Assembly (NCBI GenBank): GCA_030141605.1
Contig: JAQGDQ010000289.1
Span: forward strand, 186,001-250,000
Length of the DNA stretch: 64,000 nt
From: Tubiluchus corallicola
Taxonomy: Eukaryota > Animalia > Priapulida
Direction: 5' to 3'
Shown here: piece by piece, positions 54,580 through 64,000 of the stretch
Layout of the letters: each line of letters opens with the position of its first letter
Position numbering within the stretch: position 1 is the stretch's first letter
The notes under the pieces: model-generated
What the model was told of the DNA's origin: nothing
The model's database searches: none
Seen by the model: the letters and a program-made list of their open reading frames with translations, nothing else
Translations under genes and position numbers: made by a program

Positions 54580-57500
54580 CTGGCTTCCTAAAGCATAGCT
54601 ATCTTGAAGCTCTCGATCTTTCCTATGAAAGATTTAAATTTAGTGCACTGCCAACACTCTCTGGCGGGCTATTGGACATGTCCACTACACGATGAGAGAA
54701 GAACGTCCGCTTGCATTTTGTTCTTGAGTAGGGTTTGAACAATCTCTTGAAGTGACCACGAGTGGACTGTAAAGATGTGGCTTTGAACAGTTTCTCTCAC
54801 GAAAGGCCATTCAGGTATTTATATATCTTATGTAAAGCGGCTGTTTCTCTTTGCTGTTGAAGAGTGCACATCCCTGCACATGTATAATTGCATCTACTAC
54901 ATAAGCTGCATAACATAAACCCTAGGCACCTGTATTGAACTTTCTGTAATCGCTTGATATCAGACTGAAATGAAGGAGATCAGACTACGCTGGAATACTC
55001 CAGTATGGTCGTACATATGCCTTATACAGAGTTAAAATTTGTTTTTCGGCTCACAATTAACAAAATATCACTTGATCAAACCGATCATTCTGTTTGCCTT
55101 CTTACACATTTTAGTTATATGAGCAGAAGTTTAAGGTCATGAGAAATAGTTACACATAGATCATTATATTGTGAAACATTTTTTAACTCTTTGCCATTCA
55201 AATAGTACTGCACTGGAATTTGTGCTTTGAGTTGGAACACTACACATTTGTCAGCATTAAACTGCAAAAGCCATTTATCAGACTAAGTCTGTAACTGGAA
55301 CAAATCCTGCTGAAGGCAGAGTGAATCAACTGTAGAAAGCAATCTTGCGGTAACACCAGCAGACATACTAATATCTGGTACTGATGACTGAATCTAGTAG
55401 ATTGTTAACAAACAGCAAAAAACAAAATTGGTCCTAATATAGATCTTTGTGGAACTGCACTTGTAACATGACTCTAACTAGAATATGTGCCATTTATAAC
55501 CACCCGCTGTCTACGATTAGTTAAGAAAGCTTTTATCCATTTAAGAGTACAACCTTTAATACCAGAATAATGTAGTTTAGCTAGCAATGCTTCTGTGGTA
55601 CAGTGTTGAGGGCTATATCACGTCTACACCTCCTAGGTTATCACAAGTCATGGTCCAAACATCAAGGACTTCAATGAGATTAGTTGAGCAAGATTTACCT
55701 TCTGAAACCCATGGTTATGCGGATTGATCAGGTTCACAGCTACGCAAACTCAACAAGTTGTTCCTGCATGATACGTTCTAACATCTTCACTTCAGTGCTT
55801 GTCAAAGAAACTGGATGGTGATTTCCTAATTCCGGTGGACCCATCCCTGGTAGTGGAGGCATCATGCCAGTCCTGTGGCAGTTATGATGAAACTAAGAAC
55901 TTTCGGAGCAAGAGATAAAGTGGTTTGCCAAGTAAATGTGCACAATTTTTTAAGACTAATGGATGGATCTCATTGGGACCTTTTGATTAAATAGTTACAT
56001 CTATTTTTTGTAGTTGATCTATTATAAACTGAATGGAAAAGTTGACATCGTCAAGCACCCGACTAGGAATTGGGCCAACACATTGGGGAATAACAACTTA
56101 GATTTTTCAGTAAATACTGACGTGAAAAAATCATCTAAAGCTTCAGCTTTATCGAAGTCCTCCACTAACACTTCATCATCAGGCCCAAGTAAAGTATCAA
56201 TAGAATTGTTAGGCTTTGTGAACTGATTGGTGTAGTTAAAGAAATTCTGAGGATTAGTTTTGACATTTAAAATCAAGTTGCTCTCATATATTTTACGACA
56301 TTCGATCAAAGAGTTTCGCAAATCTTTAGTAGGTGCGATGAAGAGTGATTTGTGTGCATACGAACTAGAATGAGTATACTTCTTCCATGTTTTAGCTTTT
56401 TGTTTTGGACTCTTAAAAATACAATTGCAGGCTTTAATAACTGCACCAGCTGAATACTGCTTTGTAGAGATATGATTATTTACAACAGTATTATATCTAC
56501 TAACAAATAAACTCCAGCAACTGTCTATATTTTTAACACAAAAGTCGTGTTCCCAATGAAAACACTGAATGCATTACTAACACATCGAAAATTGGCCTTG
56601 CTAAACAATTTAAGAACTTTGTTACAATTATTGGTATTAACATAACTATATATCCATTCAAAGTATATAGAATTATGATCACTAGTAGAAAATGGCAAGC
56701 TTACTGTCAGATTACTACCACAAAATGAATTACTAACACACCTAATTATAGGTAAATCTAATAAATTTTCATTACGAATAGCTAGCTAAACACATTATTC
56801 TAACAAATTATCTTCAAGTGTATTTAAAAATAATTTGCTTAATTGATTAGAACTATAATTTACCCAATCCTTATTAGGTAAATTAAAATGTACTAATACA
56901 ACACAAGAAGAAGAAAGCATAGTCGCTTGTGCAATACTTTCACAAATATTAATAATGTTAACCAAATCACCACTGAGAAGACGGTAACATACTCACAAAG
57001 TAATTTTGTTACAACTTGACAATTATAAGGTAATCCACAAAATTTTAGCATTACAAACAATACCCCTATTAACCACAGGACAAAAAGCAGATTTAACCAA
57101 AAATAAAACACCACTGCCTTTTGATGCTTCGGTAGCTAGATGATCTCGTCCAATACAAACATAACCATGTAGTACAAATTCAGAAAAATCAATATCACTA
57201 TGCAACCACTTCTCGGTTACAGCTACAATATCAGGATTATTAGTGTAAATAAAATAAAATAAGTCAGAACACTTATTAGTAAGGCATCTTGTATTAAAAT
57301 AATAACAAACAAATTTTTTAACATTTACGTTATTTGTAACTGTAGACTGTTGAGCTAATTCATCTGGTCAGTCATGTGCTTCCTTACCTTCCTGCAAAAC
57401 AGTATCATCATTGATAACAGTGTCAGTGTCACCATCACTGTCTGACACCTCCCCAGAATCACTAGTGTTTAGTTCTCCTGGTCGGTCCTCTGGCGCAAGC

Positions 57501-58500
57501 TGCAATGGAGGGAAATCGGTGAAATTGCCGAGATCTGGAATTGCTCTAGCATTCACCTGACGAAGCTAGAGGTAAACTACTAGCTAATCCATAACTGCAA
57601 ACTTGGGAACTACTTGTACTGCTAACAGTAGGCAACAACATACTACTTCTAGGATCGTTTTGGATCGCATGAGTCTTATTCATAGTTTTGACCTTGTTTA
57701 CGACATTCTGTAGAGTTGTATTTCTTCCCATTCCTCATAGCGCTTTCTTTCATGCTGTCTTTGGAGAAGTGTGTAATCTGGCTTGATATAAACTTCTTTA
57801 AACTTAGATGACTTTAACACATGTTTACCAGACAACATCTTGAACTTATCTAGTTCACTTTTCATTGAAACTTTTATAGCTCCAGGATTTCTGGAATTGC
57901 CAGACTTTTTCCTAATACACCACCGCCTTTACAACAATTAAGATTTGATTTTTATCATTGTCTTGATTCTCTAACTCTTTCAGCCCAAAAACAAGAAAGT
58001 TCTTCCTTTTTCTGAAAATTTCATTAGATTCCTTTTCGATTATTTTGAGCTTCTCAAAAACATGCGCCTCATCTTTAATCAAATTTTCCATGGCTGCTTG
58101 CCTGCCACTTAAGTGCGTACAATGTTACACTTGTCTGCTTTTATGCTTACTGTTTTTTCAAGTGCCAATAATCTTTCTGTTGTGCTACATAGAAATTCCA
58201 CACATCGCTCCTACACTATTTGATCTGTACATGTATACAGCCGCCATGCATGTGCTTCACACTCAGAACAGTAGAAACGTGAGGCTCGTTTACACTTGCT
58301 AAGCTCATTTGTATAAAAGTTCACTCATACTAGGATCAGAACAGCTTAAACAGAACCAGTGTGCACATCTCTCACAGTGTAGTGCTCTTGTTTTTTCGCT
58401 TATTTTTACTTTATCGCATGCTTTATATACTACTGTGGCTGTTCTAATTCCTTTTGCACCAACTCTTGTAGTAGCATCAGTTTTATTTTGACTGGATTTC
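54580..58500 (-). mobile_element. Near full-length degenerate CR1-clade LINE in the AP4S1 5'-UTR intron
   Basis: ORF1 PHD finger (CDKV..ALHCERCAHWFCLSC) and VYIKPDYT; APE endonuclease (PDIVAVTEKWL, KGSGVLFLVK, SDHN); RT region (KTNPQNFFNY, GPNEIHP, PVSLTS, AVPQRSILGP, WLLQFNADKC); CR1 tail motif TRGH..FFSHRVV. Confidence 0.9.
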
Positions 58501-59590
58501 CAGGGTTGAGTTTTACTAAAAAAAGTAAAGTGACTACAGGCCATAAAAATGGCTACAATTTTTATGCAAGCAACACAATACAGCAATACTGGTAATGACA
58601 TAAAACGACAATATTTTAAACAACTGAGAAAATTTGCAGCATTTTGAGAGAGGTTGAGAGGCTTCCAAATAGTTTTGCAAAATTTTAGCAAGGAGCCACA
58701 AAAATTTCCGTTCACATCCTCCATGTTGCTGACGTCAATCTTGTTAAAATACATATTAGTAGTGAACCATGATTCAAGTTTATCCTGCTATAGTTGTAAA
58801 CCCTTTTCCCTCACCTTTTTTTCAATGAACTGATTCCAACTTTTTGCGCGAAAAATTTATATCATTTTCTTCAACCCTGTGAAAATTTTTCTAGTGCCAA
58901 TATGTTTCCAAAGACTTCTAAATTAGATATGTCTGCTAGAAAAGTTATGCTTCTAACCCACTTATGCTACTACACACTGCAAAAGATATTACTATTAGTT
59001 ATTACCTTTTAATCAGTCTGTCATTATCTATAAATATAATTTTATTCAAAACGTTACAAAGAAGCAGTATAACAGTTTACATGTACAGAGTGCAAAAATT
59101 TACAAATTAGCAGATCATAAATGATAGTTTATGTATACAAACTATATAGTTATCTGACAATAAATATTGTATTAACATGAGCAGTAGAATCTAAAAAGTG
59201 GTAAAATAGACATGTTTTTAAGGGTTTGTCATGAAGTGATCTCCTGAAACATGAGACGTTTGCTACACAATCAAGGATAAAAGGTCAATAAAGTGAAATA
59301 GTAATGTTGAAGGCGGTTCATAATTTTTTCAAGTTTTTCTATTCAAATAGATTAAACGTGCTTTTGCTTCTCTCTCTTCGAATAATGAAACACCAACCTC
59401 TCCTCTCACAGCAGCTCCACTACACCCCTTTGTTTTCCATATCCATCTTACAAATTCATCCTGTATACTATCATAAAACTATTATTAAAACTAAAAGTTC
59501 GCTTCTTATTTCCCAAAGGCTATCAGCGTCCATCACAACAAGCAAAATAGACATCTTGACCTTTTTGCAACGTTGTGGCTATAGCATAGA

Positions 59591-59958
59591 TCTTTGTTTG
59601 AAACTTTCTTTGGCCATCTAATACCCAAAATGTTTCTGTAATTCTATATGAAAAAACAAAAGAAGAACCTTGGACAAGAAAAATAAAAAGACGCCGTTTA
59701 AGATGGATTGGGCATATGCTCAGACTACCTGATGATATTCCAGTGAAGATAGCTCTTCAACAAGCCATAGAACCAGCTAAAAAACGTGAAGGAGGACAAA
59801 TGTTAACACATTTAGATTTTGCACGAAATATTTAAACACTTCAGCATTGATCCTTAGAAATAAATGTACTTGGGGCATTTCGGCGAGCAGGGAGTCTTGG
59901 CATAGGGAGGTGAGCAGTCATGTCACTGGACGTGTGATTCATTGGATGATGATGATGT
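59591..59958 (+). mobile_element. RTE-clade LINE 3' fragment with 5' inversion, (GAT)n tail and 11-bp TSD
   Basis: TSD tatagcataga at 59580-59590 and 59959-59969. Sense part reads LYEKTKEEPWTRKIKRRRLRWIGHMLRLPDDIPVKIAL; the inverted 5' part encodes RNILGIRWPKKVSNK. Confidence 0.9.
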
Positions 59959-59982
59959 TATAGCATAGAGTCAAAGTTTAGG

Positions 59983-60510
59983 AAATTATTGTTACGTACT
60001 TCGTTTTTGTGATCAGCAGCCATGCTGGCGGTATCAAATGGTGGATGATTAAAAACTTTTGAGCCGCGCATGGACTGTAATTATAATATTCTTTAGTACA
60101 CCAATAGTGTTGGCATACGTACAATTTTGATAAGCCAAAATCACTTTTGCATTTTTAATAAAAGAAGAATATCTCAAATAAAACCAATTATTAGTTTAAT
60201 AAACTAAAATCATTTCATGAAAACGAAAACAGTTGTAACGAAAAGGAAGCGACGAAAATTATTGTTACGTACTTCGTTTTTGTGATCAACGGCCACGCTG
60301 GCGGTATCAAAGGGTGGATGATTAAAAACTTTTGAGCTGCGCATGGACTGTAATTATAATATTCTTTAGTACACCAATAGTGTTGGCATATGTGCAATTT
60401 TGATAAGCCAAAATCACTTTTGCGTTTTTAATAAAAGAAGAATATCTCAAATAAAACCAATTATTAGTTTAATAAACTAAAAACATTTCATGAAAACGAA
60501 AACAGTTGTA
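59983..60510. repeat. Tandem duplication with an ~273-bp period
   Basis: aaattattgttacgtacttcg...catgaaaacgaaaacagttgta at about 59983-60237 and 60257-60510, near-identical. Confidence 0.92.
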
Positions 60511-60729
60511 GCAATAAGTTTGTACTATGTACTTGCAAATACTTCTTCAGTCTTGTAAGTAAATTTTTACTGTTCTTCCTAAGGAAAGAGGCTAGCTGAC
60601 TGTGTGATGGGCTGCCTACAATGTAAAAAAGTAAAAAAGTGATTTTTCTCTCCCTCCCTCTCTTAGACAGAAGAGATGAAAGGAGAGAGAAAGAGGGGGA
60701 GGGAGAGAGAGAAAGAGAGAGACAGAGAG

Positions 60730-60912
60730 AGAGAGAGAGAGACAGACAGACAGGCAGACAGACACACGCACGCACGCACGCACGCGGATCTTGGCCCGGT
60801 CCGGTGCGCAGCAATGGTCCGCTCATCACTGACATTTGGCACCAGCCATTCTTAACGTGCGCGCTTATCTGAGTAATATATATATCTATGATGTGGCTAG
60901 AAAGAGAGAGAC

Positions 60913-60945
<33 letters not shown>

Positions 60946-61069
60946 CACGCACGCACGCGGATCTTGGCCCGGTCCGGTGTGCAGCAATGGTCCGCTAATC
61001 ACTGACATTTGGCACCAGCCATTCTTAACGTGCGCGCTTATCTGAGTAATATATATCTATGATTTGGCT
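60730..61069. repeat. Tandem duplication (~180 bp) of a GA/GACA/GCAC microsatellite plus GC-rich promoter block
   Basis: gcacgcggatcttggcccggtccggtg.gcagcaatggtccgct.atcactgacatttggcaccagccattcttaacgtgcgcgcttatctgagtaatatatat occurs twice just upstream of the striatin ATG. Confidence 0.92.
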
Positions 61070-61144
61070 GTCAGGTTATACCTTTTTGCGTTTAATATGC
61101 ATCCCAAAATGCACTGTGAACGTAAATGGCGATAGAAGAGCAGT

Positions 61145-61357
61145 ATGCTAGAAGAAAGTGGAGGAAATCAAGAAATTTCTAATGGCCAGATTTCACCAGG
61201 AGTACCTTGTGTGGGCCAAAGCATTACCAGAAGTACTGAAGAACAACTCCAGGGATTACAATATTCTATACCAGGGATATTACATTTTATCCAGCATGAG
61301 TGGGCGAGGTTCGAGATGGAACGGTCGCAGTGGGATGTGGAAAGAGCTGAATTACAA
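61145..61357 (+). CDS. STRN3: Striatin-family protein (PP2A B''' / STRIPAK scaffold), first coding exon
   Basis: MLEESGGN...[33 protein letters not shown]|gtaggt matches the striatin N-terminal caveolin-binding/coiled-coil region. The STRN3 label rests on AP4S1 adjacency; probably co-orthologous to STRN/STRN3/STRN4. Confidence 0.93.
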
Positions 61358-64000
61358 GTAGGTGTAATAATCCAATCGTTTTATTTATATGGGCTTAGTA
61401 ATAGTAATGAACCGATAACTGACCCGTACTGGAACTGTCGCTAGTATGACTGTTTTCCGCGAAAACCAGTCGGTAATGAAGTAACGGAATTAATATGACA
61501 GTTTGCGACAAGTAATACGAAAAATAAGCGCGAGTTGGATGTCTGGGTAACAACTAGTGAGCTCCTGGTACGTGTCTTCACCAGTTCACACTTCACTGGT
61601 AATGCTGGTTATGGTGATTGTGAATTATGGTTTTAGTTTACAATCGTATTTATATAACAGGTAGTAGTACACATGGATTTTCACAGGACCCAATTTTAAA
61701 GGAGAAGCTAGGAACTTGTGCTTATTTTACTACATGAGAAAAATTTTAAAAAGTTTCTGCAATAAAATTGTGATAAGCGCCTTTTGTAATTAGTAAAATC
61801 AATTTAAAATCGCGATCTCTTCACGCTTAGACGTTGTCAATTAGAATAAAAAATAACATCAACCGGTTACCGTGCGATATAAACTTATTCTGCCAGGTAC
61901 TTGAGCAAACTTTTTACAGCTGCAGTTACTGTTATCAACTGCAAATAATCCAAAACATTCAATGAATACTGTTTTTTGCTTTTTGATGACTCCTATTACC
62001 TACTATGAAAACCAGTTAGAGATAATATGATAACCTCCAACTCAGTTAGTTAATGCCAACAAAGTAACAAAATAATTATTTTAATAAGCCAAAGTCTATA
62101 AGTTAAATATACCACCCAATACCTGTATGGTCGCAGCCTCACAGAATTCCATGCTCATCTGTAATTATTAGGTGTAGTACTTAAGCATTTTGTGGTATAA
62201 TCCTGTGGATTAAAGTTATGTAAGCACTTTCGAAGTTATTGCTAATTAACCTAGCAACTAATTTTTGCATGAACATTATGTGAACAGCTAAACACAAAGA
62301 TTTAGTGAGCTATAATGATGAAATTTCTGAGCGAACTGCAGAAGTTTTGTCACACTTGCCTATGTCCACCAACTCACATTATTTTATTCAAATATGCCCG
62401 CAGCAAGGTTCATTTGGCGGAAGATGAGAACGATTTAAATTTCTTTTGCATTTTTAAGCAAGACATTTATGCTTGTATGTTATGTGGTAATATCAATATT
62501 TTTAAGTGTACTGTATGTTAAAACACAAATGTTGTTTGAGGGTTGATTTTTCCTTTAATATTTTAAAATTGCTCAAAACAATTTAATGCGTAAAATATTG
62601 AAAGAACACAAAAGTGTTTTTAAGAGTGACTTATGTGAAAGACTGTTATCAAGAATTATTATTAATTTCATGTTTGCACCCTCCTGCTGCATGATTAGCG
62701 ACTCACTAGTTAGATTGATACAGTGCCTGCACCTCAGAAGAATTTTGCACAAAATACTGGCACTGTACCTCTGAAGTTCTGGTGTGGTGAAATAGCACGC
62801 AACGATAAGCCGAGAATTTAAATTTTTAAGCATGAATATGCCCAATTTTTGTGTTACATGTCATGGTCAATGTTGCACAGTAACACTATGTTACAATTTT
62901 CGCTGTTGCAAACACCTGCATCACACTTGTGGAGTGTTTATGCTGTTAAAAATTATGTTCAGTTCCTGCCTCATGATCGTCGTCACTTGCTAGCTGTTAA
63001 TGGACTTTTAATCTATTATTTAATTCAGAACCGCACATTGGCATACCTGTGTTAAAATGCATACTTTTTCCCGTACTTCAGAATAGAGCAGGATATGAAA
63101 GGTGATCCTGTTTTGTATAAATTGTTAAAGTCAATAGATACTTTGTAGCATGCGCACATGGAAGAGTGTAAAAATTACGCTACTAAATTGCTAGCCACTA
63201 TGTCTGGTTAACAGTATTATATACTTATAATGAATACTTAAGTGTTGAGGTTGATTAAGGTTGATATCCGATCAATAGATTCAGCCCAGTGCAATGCACT
63301 GAATGCAGTTTATGTAAAAAGCGCTTCCTAGCTATTTCAAGTAGTTCATGCACTTGTGCTTGGTGCATTGATGATAAAAGACATAACATAATTAAGTGCA
63401 AAATGTTTAGCCAACAAGATGGAATAATTAATAGCACAAAATTGTAAGTATGACAGAAATGTGAAGAAGAAGATAGTTGATTGTGAAATGCATGCAATTG
63501 TATCACTACTGCAATCAGAGTTTGGTAATTTTAGAGAAATTAAAGTAACATGTAATTTAAGGAATATATTTTTATTAAAAAAATTAAATGTACCTTGGTG
63601 AAATTTCTAAGTAGAAAATTGTAGATATTTTAAATATTTTGCTCCTGCAACTCTCACAAATGATTAAATCAAAATAATGAATTTTTTAAAATTATAAAAA
63701 AAATTAATTTTAACGCCATCATGTGTAATCAAACAGTTTGGAAAATAATATATTTACCGTACTTTAAAATGGGGTATGATATGAAAATTCATCCTGTTTT
63801 CCTTTAAATACTAAATGAGGCAACATAAACTTAAGACAATTAAAGACATTAATTAAGGACTTTGGTAGTAAGCTAATAACATTCTGATTATGCACACATT
63901 CAGCCCTGCTAGTGATGACATCACAACTGAACATAATTTTCAACATCACAAACATTCCATAAAAAGTGGAAATTGCTACTGCACAACATTCAGTGTGGTA

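Noticed and set aside
57368-57731. Acidic and Ser-rich minus-strand ORFs resembling host exons
   Set aside because: They lie between ORF1 and the endonuclease of the CR1 element and are best read as the low-complexity ORF1 tail.
60488-61045. ORFs of 69-154 aa upstream of striatin
   Set aside because: Products of GA/GACA microsatellites and the tandem duplication; no domain signature.
61358-64000. Search for striatin exon 2 (ARIAFLQGER-type)
   Set aside because: Not found by eye; the region looks intronic and its short ORFs are uninformative.
1-64000. CRISPR arrays, prokaryotic operons, tRNA/rRNA genes, intronic snoRNAs
   Set aside because: The DNA is intron-rich and eukaryotic. No repeat-spacer array, cloverleaf or convincing sense-strand C/D box pair was seen; an Infernal/Rfam scan would be needed to exclude small RNAs.

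Overview
AT-rich invertebrate-type animal genomic DNA with spliceosomal introns; the species cannot be determined from the sequence. Four intron-split genes were reconstructed by hand from splice signals and reading-frame phase. (1) RALGAPA, the Ral GTPase-activating protein alpha subunit, on the minus strand: 41 phase-consistent coding exons from ATG 35986 down to 2382, about 1,856 codons, with the 3' end probably outside the window. (2) A complete NPC2/ML-domain gene on the plus strand, 39467-47280. (3) A complete AP4S1 on the minus strand, 54103-49152, containing a 12-nt microexon followed by a U12-type intron. (4) The first coding exon of a striatin gene at 61145 on the plus strand, head-to-head with AP4S1. 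Human orthologues of all four lie on chromosome 14. Introns and spacers hold many decayed transposons (two ~4-kb LINEs, RTE fragments with TSDs, Tigger, hAT, hATm). The most notable observations are two minor-spliceosome introns, a hidden alternative first or cassette exon in the RALGAPA linker, a clean twin-priming 5' inversion in an RTE-clade LINE, tandem duplications in the AP4S1/striatin promoter region and an enhancer-like block in the last RALGAPA intron. I found no evidence of a wholly new multi-gene system.
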